Shown piece after piece: positions 6,165-14,430 of a DNA stretch of 16,437 bases (position 1 is the first letter of the stretch; every line of letters starts with the position of its first letter). The notes beneath the pieces were generated by a model. The model was given only the letters and a program-made list of their open reading frames with translations. It was not told where the DNA came from and made no database searches. Source of the stretch: Archangium sp. (lineage in GTDB: Bacteria > Myxococcota > Myxococcia > Myxococcales > Myxococcaceae); contig JANLPS010000251.1 in NCBI GenBank assembly GCA_031367385.1, positions 1 to 16,437 of the forward strand, in the 5' to 3' direction. The position numbers and the translations under genes are program-made.

Positions 6165-8329
6165 GCGTGGCCGACGAGCGACGTGCCGGCGTAGCTCGAA
6201 TACCCACGGAGCATCACGTACCAGTCGCCGGCCGCGGGTGCTGACACCGAGCAGAAGTCGGTGTTGCCCGTTCTGACGGAGTGGCATTGATACGAGGTGG
6301 CCGTGGGGTGGCCGCCCAGCTTGACGTAGAGGTCGGCGTCACCGGTGCCGCCGGAGATCGTGAAGCGCACCAAGCTCTTGCCCGCCGGCACGTGCATCAA
6401 GAAGTACGACGTTGAGCCCGACGCCCCGCCGAGCCCCGTCGCGGGCACGTCGTTGACGAGGACCGTGTCAGTGCCCACCCCGCCATCGGAGGCCTGCCCA
6501 GCATCGGCGGTGCCTGCGTCGACCGTTCCAGCATCCACCGGCCCGGCGTCGACCGGCCCGGCGTCGACCTGGCCCGCGTCAACCGTGCCCGCGTCGACCT
6601 GGCCCGCGTCAATCGAGCCCGCGTCAGAGGCGCCGGCGTCTTGTGCCACGCCGCCGGTGCACACGCTCGAGACGCACGCCTGCTGCGCGCCGCAGACCGC
6701 GCACACGGCGCCGCCCGTACCGCACGCATCAACCGAGGTGCCGGGCACGCAAAACCCAGCCGCGGTGAGACACCCGGCCGAGCACGTCGTGTTGGTCACG
6801 GTGATTTGCACTGGAGCCGACGGCACCGCGTTGGCGATGACTCGCAGCTCGTACACGCCGCCGCCAAGGCCCTGAGGCACGGCGACGTTCGTGCTCACGA
6901 TGGCTTCTCCGGTGGCGACGCCCATGGTCGAGTGCCCGAAGGTACGTGCGTAGGTGACGGCGCCGTTGCCGACGTTGGTGAGTTGAACCAACGGGTAGTT
7001 CGTCGCGGTCTCCGCGTCATCGCCGTACATCACGGTCTGCGAGAGCCCGTTGAACCGCTTGCCCTTGAGGGTCATCGTGGTGCCCGCAGTGACGGCGCTC
7101 AGCGCCTCGGTGATCACCGGAGCGGCGATCGACGGCGTCACCGCGGACCGAAAGGCGATCTGCCCGCTGCCCTGCACGTAGGCGGTCTCGCCGCTTGGCA
7201 GCAGCATGAGCCGGCCTTCGAACGGCGGCTGCGCGACGTTGCCCGGAGGCGTGGTGAGCGTGAAGGTCATCGTCTTCGGGTCGAGGTCATAGAACCCGGT
7301 GGGGCCGCCCCACCCTGACGACCCGGCCGACGAACCGGTGATGAGCAGGTGGCCGTTGGGCAACAACACGCCCGGAGTGTCTTTGGCGATCACCTGCCCC
7401 TGCGCGTCGTGGGGCATGTCGGGGCCGAGGCTCCAGGTGCCGCCAGGCGCCGTGGTCCCCGGTGTCCACACCGCGGTGTGGCCGGTGGCGCCGATGAAGA
7501 TGGTGCGCCCGTCGGGCAGCAAGAACGCGGGGCCGATCTCCTGCGATGAAGTCTCGGCGATATCAACGGGCAGTGAGCCGGCTTCGCTCCAGCCCTTGCC
7601 AGCGACCCACAGCTCCGACTTCTTCAAGCGGCTGCAGTCGATGGTCAGCACCGAGCCGTTGGGCAACAACACCCAGGTCTCTTCGTCGCTGGCGGTGAGC
7701 TTGGTGCCGGCGTCAGACCAGGCATTGGTCTTGGGGTCCCACACGGCGGTGCGCTTATCGGCCAGGGAGCCGAGCAGAAACCTGCCGTCGGCCAACAGCA
7801 CGCCAGCGGCGTCGCCGATTTCTGCCCAGCCGGGCGTGGGCATCGATGACCAGGTGTTGGTCACTGGGTTGTAGATCTCGGCCGTGTTGTCTTCGGTCTG
7901 CTGTGAGCCGCCGGTGTATTCGCCGCCGAGAATCGCGACCCGGCCATCGGCCAGCACCGCCGAGGCGTAGTACAGCCGGCCTTTCGACATCGGCGCCGCC
8001 TCGACCCACGAGCCATGCAGATACGAGCCCGTGGTATCGGGCGTCAGCAGGTGCCACTTGGGCAGATTCTCTTCTTGAACCATCAACCGGCCGTCGGTGA
8101 GCAAGAACATCGTGCTCCCGTTGAAGGGGATGTTGATTGTCGTCCAATCACCGGAGACGCCTTCGGGGCCTCGGAGCTTCGGGGTCTGAGACGAAAGGGG
8201 CGTACCGTGCCGCTTCGAGGTCGCCAACGTCGACTCGAATGACTCGCCTGCCGAAGGTGCCGGGCCGGTGGTGGGCCCGCAGGAAACGATCAACGCTGCA
8301 AGTGCGGCTCTCACGAAGAACAGGCGCAT
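6158..8329 (-). CDS. Lipoprotein: Kelch/galactose-oxidase-like beta-propeller + Ig-like domain + Cys-rich segment + DAG linker + C-terminal PPC domain
   Basis: Start MRLFFVRAALAALIVSC (lipobox) after AAGGA. Repeated blades (LLTDGR, VLADGRV..GG, EIYNPVTNTW, LLPNGS, LLPDGR, LLPSGE). C-terminus FTISGGTGDADLYVK...GDWYVMLRGYSSY is a typical pre-peptidase C-terminal (PPC) domain. Confidence 0.85.
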   Translation of the reverse strand: MRLFFVRAALAALIVSCGPTTGPAPSAGESFESTLATSKRHGTPLSSQTPKLRGPEGVSGDWTTINIPFNGSTMFLLTDGRLMVQEENLPKWHLLTPDTTGSYLHGSWVEAAPMSKGRLYYASAVLADGRVAILGGEYTGGSQQTEDNTAEIYNPVTNTWSSMPTPGWAEIGDAAGVLLADGRFLLGSLADKRTAVWDPKTNAWSDAGTKLTASDEETWVLLPNGSVLTIDCSRLKKSELWVAGKGWSEAGSLPVDIAETSSQEIGPAFLLPDGRTIFIGATGHTAVWTPGTTAPGGTWSLGPDMPHDAQGQVIAKDTPGVLLPNGHLLITGSSAGSSGWGGPTGFYDLDPKTMTFTLTTPPGNVAQPPFEGRLMLLPSGETAYVQGSGQIAFRSAVTPSIAAPVITEALSAVTAGTTMTLKGKRFNGLSQTVMYGDDAETATNYPLVQLTNVGNGAVTYARTFGHSTMGVATGEAIVSTNVAVPQGLGGGVYELRVIANAVPSAPVQITVTNTTCSAGCLTAAGFCVPGTSVDACGTGGAVCAVCGAQQACVSSVCTGGVAQDAGASDAGSIDAGQVDAGTVDAGQVDAGPVDAGPVDAGTVDAGTADAGQASDGGVGTDTVLVNDVPATGLGGASGSTSYFLMHVPAGKSLVRFTISGGTGDADLYVKLGGHPTATSYQCHSVRTGNTDFCSVSAPAAGDWYVMLRGYSSYAGTSLVGHAQ
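6497..6640 (-). repeat. Coding 15-bp tandem repeat: ten xxDAG pentapeptides
   Basis: QDAG ASDAG SIDAG QVDAG TVDAG QVDAG PVDAG PVDAG TVDAG TADAG; 15-nt period visible in the DNA. Confidence 0.9.
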
Positions 8330-8465
8330 CGGGTGGTCCTTGTCTGTGCAGCCCTCGCTTCGGGCGTGCGCCTTATGCCAGGGCCCGCCCCGTGTGGGTA
8401 GATGTGGGGTCGTTTTCGTTACGAGCGTTGAACGAAATCGCCCGAGCGCGTTATGACTGCCGGCC

Positions 8466-8963
8466 ATGCTTTCGCGCGTAACCCTCTCGATTGCTGTGCT
8501 TCTGGCCATGACGGCCGGGGCCGCGGCACCCAAAAAGGTGCACGCGAAGGCCATTGCGGCGTCGGTGCGAGAGGTGTTCAGCGCTCCGTCGTTGGCGGGG
8601 TTGGCACCGCAGCCCGCGGCGCCCGAAGCGACGGCGAGCACTGACCCGTTTCAGGTGGTGCACGAGACGGCGTTGAACCTCACCGTGGCCCATGCCTTCA
8701 CCCGCGACGCCGCCCGCGAACGGGTCGCCCAGCTGCTCCGCTATTGGGACGAACGCTTCGGCGTGAAGAGCGAATGGCACGGGTTTCGGGTCTTCTTGAC
8801 CGGCAAAGTGCTGGGCATCGCCATTCGCGCCCTCTTCGAAGTCGATGACGCGAACGTGGTGGCGATGGCCGAAGACCCGGGCACCGTTTTCTCGGGCGCC
8901 GCGCGCCGCTACGTCGATGCGAAGCTGCGCAAGTATTTGAACCCGAATTACCAAGAGCCGTGA
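8466..8963 (+). CDS. Polyhydroxyalkanoic acid system (PHA_gran_rgn-like) family protein with N-terminal signal-like extension
   Basis: The C-terminal ~100 aa (VAHAFTRDAARERVAQLLRYWDERFGVKSEWHG...GKVLGI...EDPG) resemble the myxobacterial members of this family as I recall them. Hydrophobic N-terminus MLSRVTLSIAVLLAMTAGAAA. Confidence 0.65.
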   Translation: MLSRVTLSIAVLLAMTAGAAAPKKVHAKAIAASVREVFSAPSLAGLAPQPAAPEATASTDPFQVVHETALNLTVAHAFTRDAARERVAQLLRYWDERFGVKSEWHGFRVFLTGKVLGIAIRALFEVDDANVVAMAEDPGTVFSGAARRYVDAKLRKYLNPNYQEP

Positions 8964-9118
8964 TCGCTTGGAGTCGTAAAGTCAACGACTTTGACGCACA
9001 TCACCTCACCCTGACGTCGCTGGCGGGCGCTGATCTGAAATCGCTCCCGAGGCGGTAAATCGGCCTCAAAAAACTCTGCCTTTACAGGCGGTTCGGTCTG
9101 ATCAGAATGCGCGGCGGC

Positions 9119-11845
9119 ATGTCTGAAGTTCCTCGCATCGCGCCAGTGCTCGCACCTTCGCCCACTCCTGACTCGCGTACGTTGACGCGTTTTCACGAGC
9201 GGTTGTTGGCCGAAGAGCTGACCACCCGTCTTGGCGACAGCTCAACACGCGTGGTGCGTGCGCTCTCTGACGCGCGAGTCGACTTGAACCCGCACCAGCT
9301 CGAGGCGGCGGTCTTCGCCATCGACGCGCTGACCCGGGGCGGCTGCGTGCTGGCCGATGAGGTCGGGCTCGGCAAGACCATCGAAGCGGGCATCGTGATC
9401 GCCCAGCTGGTGGCCGAGGGCAAGAACCGCATTCTGGTGTTGGCGCCGGCGACGCTGCGCTCGCAGTGGCAGGCAGAGCTCAAAGAGAAGTTCGACCTCG
9501 AGTCGATGATCGTCGACGGCCGCACCGTGCGAGCGACGGGCAACGTGTTCGATCAGCCCTGCCCCGTCATCATCGCCTCGCACCCCTTCGCCGCGTTTCG
9601 GCCCGAGCTGCTGGGCCAGATCACGTGGGACCTGGTGGTCATCGACGAGGCGCACCGGCTGCGCAACGCGCACAAGCCGACCAACAAGATGGGCAAGGCG
9701 CTGCGGGCGGGCCTGAAGAGCTCGCCGAAGCTGTTGCTCACTGCGACTCCGCTGCAGAACAGCTTGTCTGAGCTGTTCGGGCTGCTCTCGCTGCTCGACG
9801 AGCAGATTCTCGGGCCCGAAGAGGCGTTTCGCGCGCACTACCCGGTCGACCCCGATCACGGCGGGTTGCCGGAGGCCGCTTCGAAAGAGCTGCGCGCCCG
9901 ACTGGCGCCGGTGGTTCAGCGCACGCTGCGACGTCAGGTCAAAGAATACGTGCGGTACACGAATCGCCGCTCGGTGGTCGAAGACTTCACGCCGTCGGCC
10001 GAAGAGCAGTCGATCTACGAAGACGTGAGCGAGTATCTGCGGCGCAACGAGTGCTCGGCGATCGAGCCCGGCAAGCGCACGCTGCTCACGTTGGTGTACC
10101 GAAAGCTGCTGGCGTCATCGACGTTCGCGATCGCACCCACGCTGCGGCGGTTGGCCGAATCGCTCGAGAACAAGCTCAAGTTCGCCAAAGCGGGCCAGGC
10201 GGCGACGGGCCTGCTGTTCGAGCCTGACGAGACCAAGCAGTACTCCGAAGAGGCCGAAGACTGGGCCGATGAAGAGGCCAAGCCCCGCGGCAACGTGCTC
10301 GCCAACATGGAGCGCGAGGTCTGGGAGCTCAAGGGCTTCGCCGACCGCGCCGAGAAGATTCGAATCAACGCCAAGGGCGAGGCGCTCAAGCGGGCGCTCG
10401 ACCGGGTGTTCACCGTCGCCCGCGCGCACCAGTGGCCTGAGAAGGCGGTCATCTTCACCGAGAGCAAGCGCACCCTCGAGTACCTCTACGACCTGCTCGG
10501 CCGTTACGGGTTCGAGGGCAAGATCGCGAAGCTCACCGGCGACGCGGGCAGCCCCGAAGCGCGCAAGGCGTTGATCGACGAGTTTCGCGACAAGGCGCAG
10601 ATTCTGCTGTCGACCGAGGCGGGCGCCGAGGGGCTGAACCTGCAGTTCTGCAACCTGGTGGTGAACTTCGACCTGCCGTGGAACCCGCAGCGCGTCGAGC
10701 AGCGAATCGGCCGGTGCCACCGCTACGGGCAGCAGCGCGACGTGGTGGTGCTCAACTTCTTGAACCGCTCGAACGCGGCCGATGCGCGGTTGTACGAGCT
10801 GCTCGAGAAGAAGCTCAACCTGTTCGACGGCGTGTTCGGCGCGTCAGACGAAATTCTCGGAGCGCTGGAGAACGGCGTCGACTTCGAGAAGCGCGTGCTC
10901 GAGATCTACCAGTCGTGCCGAATGCCCAGCGAGATCAACGCGGCCTTCGATGCGCTGCGAAAAGATCTCGAGACCCGAATCGATCAGAAGATGACCGAAG
11001 CCCGCTCGACGTTGATCGAGCGCTTCGACGGCGATGTGCGCAAGCGGTTGCGGGTCGCGGGCGAGTCGGCGCAAGCGGCGCTGACCAAGCGAAAACAGAG
11101 CGAGAAGTCGTTCACAGGCTCAGTGTTGGGCTCGGCGGGCAACGGGCGGCGGCAGTTGGCGCTGGCGGCGAAAGAGGTTCGCGCCCGGGCGGGTGATGCG
11201 GTCAGTTACCTGGCCCTCGACGGCGCGACGATGCCGGGCAAGCTCGAGCACCTGCAAGGCCGCGAGGGCTGGTGGTTCGTCTACAAGTTCGAAATTTCAG
11301 GGCTCAAGCCAGAAGAGCGGCTGGTGCACCTGGTGATGGTCAAGCATGGCGAGGGCTTTCGGGTGTTGCCGGTGGCTGACGGCGAATTGTTCACCCGGGT
11401 GACTGCGCGCGAAGAGACGGTGCGAAAACCGGCCACGGTGTCGGTGTCGCTGCAGCACGAGGCGGCGTTGATCGCGGCCCGTGATGAGATCGTTCGAGTG
11501 GCGGAGCGAAAGAACGCGCTCGAGCTCGACGCGTCGAAAGATCGGGCCGACCGGTTCGGTGAAGACACGTTGTTCACTCCGCGGCAGCACGTCGAGCGGG
11601 CTCGAGGCGATTGGGAGCAGGCGCGCCTGGCGGTGCTCGGGGTTGAAGAGCCTTCGGAGCGGATCAAGGCTCGCGCGAACGCGGAGCGGCTCGAGCGGGA
11701 GTACCGAAGGAAGTTGCAGCAGCTGCGACAGGCCGAAGATCAACGGTATGCCGACAAAGACCGAATGTTGGCTGCGCTGAGCCTCAAGGCCAAGGTGACG
11801 ACGAATCGATCACTGGTCGCCTCGGCGTACTTCTGGGTGACGTAG
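9119..11845 (+). CDS. SNF2-family (SF2) helicase/ATPase with C-terminal coiled-coil region
   Basis: VDLNPHQ, LADEVGLGKTIEAG (motif I), IDEAH (II), LTATPLQN (III), STEAGAEGLNLQ (V) and PWNPQRVEQRIGRCHRYGQ (VI). Start is either 9107 or 9119. Confidence 0.93.
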   Translation: MSEVPRIAPVLAPSPTPDSRTLTRFHERLLAEELTTRLGDSSTRVVRALSDARVDLNPHQLEAAVFAIDALTRGGCVLADEVGLGKTIEAGIVIAQLVAEGKNRILVLAPATLRSQWQAELKEKFDLESMIVDGRTVRATGNVFDQPCPVIIASHPFAAFRPELLGQITWDLVVIDEAHRLRNAHKPTNKMGKALRAGLKSSPKLLLTATPLQNSLSELFGLLSLLDEQILGPEEAFRAHYPVDPDHGGLPEAASKELRARLAPVVQRTLRRQVKEYVRYTNRRSVVEDFTPSAEEQSIYEDVSEYLRRNECSAIEPGKRTLLTLVYRKLLASSTFAIAPTLRRLAESLENKLKFAKAGQAATGLLFEPDETKQYSEEAEDWADEEAKPRGNVLANMEREVWELKGFADRAEKIRINAKGEALKRALDRVFTVARAHQWPEKAVIFTESKRTLEYLYDLLGRYGFEGKIAKLTGDAGSPEARKALIDEFRDKAQILLSTEAGAEGLNLQFCNLVVNFDLPWNPQRVEQRIGRCHRYGQQRDVVVLNFLNRSNAADARLYELLEKKLNLFDGVFGASDEILGALENGVDFEKRVLEIYQSCRMPSEINAAFDALRKDLETRIDQKMTEARSTLIERFDGDVRKRLRVAGESAQAALTKRKQSEKSFTGSVLGSAGNGRRQLALAAKEVRARAGDAVSYLALDGATMPGKLEHLQGREGWWFVYKFEISGLKPEERLVHLVMVKHGEGFRVLPVADGELFTRVTAREETVRKPATVSVSLQHEAALIAARDEIVRVAERKNALELDASKDRADRFGEDTLFTPRQHVERARGDWEQARLAVLGVEEPSERIKARANAERLEREYRRKLQQLRQAEDQRYADKDRMLAALSLKAKVTTNRSLVASAYFWVT

Positions 11846-11853
11846 GGCCGCGC

Positions 11854-12628
11854 TCAAGGCACCGCTGCGGTTTCGTCGCAGCGACACACGAAGTCCAATC
11901 TCGTCTTCGCTTTCCTCGTGTCGGCGTACGTCACGTTCCCGCCGTCCCCAGGGTCTTCCGAATGGGTTCTCGTGTGAATCGCGCGCCCACGGAGGTGCGC
12001 CTCGACGACCAACGTCGTGCCGTCGAGCAACAGCACTTCCCCTTCGTCGTCTTCCTCCCATGAATCCGACCCGCTCAGACCGCAGTCGGCATGCTCGAGG
12101 TGCAACGTCACGGCGAATACCTGCAAGCTCCCCAGCGGGTGTTGTCGGTAGCCTTTGCGACGCAGCACGACTGCCGGTGGCGAGCGAGTGCTGCTGGCTG
12201 TCTGGTATTGACGTGGCCACCCGGTGAGCAAGCTGAAGGCGCGATCTTTCATGTCAAACGGGTGGTCGACTCGTTGCTCGGCCCCCACGAACACCACGCC
12301 GAGTTGGGCGCCTAAGCGCGCCTAAGCGCGAATCAAACCAACACTCCCACGGCGCATCGCCCCCGTCGCGACCGACGCGAAAGCCGTCATCGGTTTCAAG
12401 CAAGAAGCTGCTGCCTTGGCAGGCATCGAGAGGGGCCGGGGCTACCTGCAACGCGGTAATGCCCCCATCTCTCACCGCGACAATGGTTTTGTGCCTGAGC
12501 TGGCGAAGTTCACCTTCAAGACCGTCTGTTTGAAAATCCTCGACCCAGGTAGCGCCTGGCTGAAGCGGGGCGCGCAAGCACGTGCTTGGCTCAACTGACA
12601 AGAGGGTGAGGACAAAGAGCCCAATCAT
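11854..12628 (-). pseudogene. Hypothetical secreted protein gene frameshifted by a 10-bp tandem duplication (appears as ORFs 12254-12628 and 11854-12297)
   Basis: cctaagcgcg is duplicated at 12311-12330. Deleting one copy joins ...WFDSRLG to AQLGVVFVGAEQRVDHPFDMKDR... and gives one 254-aa ORF starting with hydrophobic MIGLFVLTLLS. Confidence 0.7.
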
Positions 12629-12667
12629 AGAGTTTTGGATACGCCCGACAAACCTGCCGAAGTGACG

Positions 12668-13468
12668 CTATCGACGGGCCAGCAGCTGCGGCAGGTCGAG
12701 CCGAAGACCAGCGAAGGCGCCGCCGAAGTTGCCCCAATTGTAGATCTCTCTCTTGGTGACCTCAGCGCCGCCGCCGACCAGCCGCAGCCGCAAGAAGAAG
12801 TCAGCCCCGGGGATGAGCGGCACTCCAAGCGTGAGCGCCACGTCGTGAATGCCGCCGACCAGCCCAACCCCGAAGGTGTTGAAGAAGTCGACGTCGGCCA
12901 TCGCATAGAGCACTCCGGCGTCGTAGCGCAGGCGGGCCTTGAGGGCGCCGACCACGCCGATGTCGCGCTCGACGTTGAAGACCGCCGGGCTGGCGTCGAC
13001 GGTCTTGAACTCGACCGACGCGTTGCGAATCTGCACGGAGGCCCCGACGCCCAGCGTGAAGCGCGAGGTGTTGACCAAGCTGAAGAGGTAACTGACACGG
13101 TAGCCATCGAAGAGGTAGCGGTGGTCGACCACCGACCCTTGGGCGAAGGTGGTGGTTTGAAAGACGATGTCGCGGGGCAGCGTCACGCGGGTCGTTACGT
13201 CGAGCGGCGCCCACAGGGCAATCACCGTGTGACGGCCCATCTTCGCCTCGACCGAGAGCCGCTGGGCGATGAAGAGGTTGCGCTGCTGCCCCACGTCTTT
13301 GGCGAAATACCGGGTACCGTTGGCGCCGTACCGGCCCTCGTTTTGAAAGAAGTAGAGCGCGCCTATTTCGTAGTCGGCAGTCAGTGAGTCGAAGAGCCGC
13401 CTGGGCGCATCGGGCTGTTCAACGGCCGACTGGCTCAAGACACACGCGGCGACGAAGGCAGAGAGCAT
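12668..13468 (-). CDS. Probable outer-membrane beta-barrel protein
   Basis: Signal-like N-terminus MLSAFVAACVLSQSA. Many alternating amphipathic strands (YRVSYLFS, FTLGVGASVQI, LKARLRYD, DFFLRLRLVGG, FAGLRLDL). Codon usage is GC3-rich in this frame. Confidence 0.7.
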   Translation of the reverse strand: MLSAFVAACVLSQSAVEQPDAPRRLFDSLTADYEIGALYFFQNEGRYGANGTRYFAKDVGQQRNLFIAQRLSVEAKMGRHTVIALWAPLDVTTRVTLPRDIVFQTTTFAQGSVVDHRYLFDGYRVSYLFSLVNTSRFTLGVGASVQIRNASVEFKTVDASPAVFNVERDIGVVGALKARLRYDAGVLYAMADVDFFNTFGVGLVGGIHDVALTLGVPLIPGADFFLRLRLVGGGAEVTKREIYNWGNFGGAFAGLRLDLPQLLARR

Positions 13469-13469
13469 G

Positions 13470-13489
13470 GGCGCCTGTAATCAGGCGCC
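13470..13489. promoter_or_regulatory. 8-bp perfect inverted repeat immediately upstream of the beta-barrel start codon
   Basis: ggcgcctg-taat-caggcgcc, 1 nt from the ATG at 13468. Confidence 0.45.
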
Positions 13490-13511
13490 GACGAAGAAGC
13501 GAGGCCAACTT

Positions 13512-13548
13512 GCGCCCGCGCAGCCAAAACCTCCGTCTGCGCGGGCGC
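13512..13548 (-). terminator. GC-rich hairpin downstream of the hypothetical gene (possible terminator or RNA-stabilising stem)
   Basis: gcgcccgcgcag, 13-nt loop, ctgcgcgggcgc (12-bp perfect stem), 9 nt after the stop at 13558. No U-tract. Confidence 0.5.
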
Positions 13549-13557
13549 GCTGTGAGG

Positions 13558-14301
13558 CTACGAGGGGCCGGGCGCGGGTTCTGGCTCAATCACCGGGTCG
13601 GGGCTTCGCTTATTCGTTCGCGAGAGCAGCGATGGCACGTGTTCGTCGACGTCTTTTTTGAAGATGCGTGCGCCCTCGGCCCACAGGTCTTCGTGGGCCA
13701 TGAGCACCAGCGTCCACACGCGGGACTGGTCGTCGAGCGCTGCGGTCAGGGCGTCATTCGAACGTTCACGCGCCCCGGCAGGCTTCAGCATCGCCAATAA
13801 CCGATTGGCGCGGTCGACCATTGCATCGATGGAGGCCGCGCCGAGCATGAGTCGGCGCCTGGCTTCGGGTACCCGATGGCAGAGTTCAGCGATGTCGAGC
13901 ACGTCGCGGGCGGCGTCGAACGGACCCTTGCCTGCGTAAATGCGTTCGACTTCGGCGGTTGGCACGATGCCGACCTTGCCCCAGAGGGTCAGGTTCGCCA
14001 TCAGCAGGTCGCGATCGCCGAAGACCTCGCCGGTGAGCTCGCGAACGCCTGACACGGGGAGACGCGCACGGTCGACCTCGGTGGTCGTCTCGACGAGCGC
14101 CTTCAGGTACCGACGGAGCTTTGTGCCCGCCCACGCGTACCCTTTGGTGACGAGCTTCAGCTGCGGAGCGTGCTTCTCGACGGCAGTGATGCCGAGGTTG
14201 GCGTTGTAGAGCACCAACTCGAGGTCACTGCTGAACTCCTTCAGCTCAGCGGGTTTTAAGGACAACGCATCAGGTCGAACTTCGTCGTACGCCGACTTCA
14301 T
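13558..14301 (-). CDS. Hypothetical all-helical protein (myxobacterial-type family)
   Basis: Strong AGGAGG 5 nt before the ATG at 14301 (MKSAYDEV); 247 aa. The pattern I..GKGPFDAARD...RVWTLV..AHEDLW..G...VDEHVPSL resembles uncharacterised Myxococcota proteins from recall; not verified. Confidence 0.8.
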   Translation of the reverse strand: MKSAYDEVRPDALSLKPAELKEFSSDLELVLYNANLGITAVEKHAPQLKLVTKGYAWAGTKLRRYLKALVETTTEVDRARLPVSGVRELTGEVFGDRDLLMANLTLWGKVGIVPTAEVERIYAGKGPFDAARDVLDIAELCHRVPEARRRLMLGAASIDAMVDRANRLLAMLKPAGARERSNDALTAALDDQSRVWTLVLMAHEDLWAEGARIFKKDVDEHVPSLLSRTNKRSPDPVIEPEPAPGPS

Positions 14302-14430
14302 TGGAGCCTCCTGCGGTTTGGGTTCGTGCTGCCCCCCTTTCACGCGAGGTCGCAGAAGGTATTCACGGGTGGTCGCACATTTATTTTCGATTTCTGAAGT
14401 GCCCGAAATGGCTGGTGTTTGCCGAGCAGC

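Noticed and set aside
6158..8329. Calling the Kelch protein a galactose oxidase or a protease
   Set aside because: No YHS copper-ligand motif and no peptidase catalytic domain are visible.
8364..8380. Possible sigma54 promoter for the Kelch gene (TGGCATAAGGCGCACGC, minus strand)
   Set aside because: No GC at the required GG-N10-GC position and no TTGC.
8330..8641. 104-aa N-terminal extension of the Kelch ORF
   Set aside because: It overlaps the divergent gene; the lipoprotein signal and RBS point to a start at 8329.
9119..11845. Assigning rapA or drmD as gene symbol
   Set aside because: It lacks an evident RapA N-terminal region and DISARM partner genes; the subfamily cannot be fixed without a search.
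12625..13387. ORFs 12635-13387 (+) and 12625-13107 (-)
   Set aside because: Antisense and off-frame shadows of the beta-barrel gene 12668-13468.
14387..14403. Possible sixth array copy (tcgatt-tctga-agtgcc)
   Set aside because: Poor match to the consensus and a 44-bp offset.
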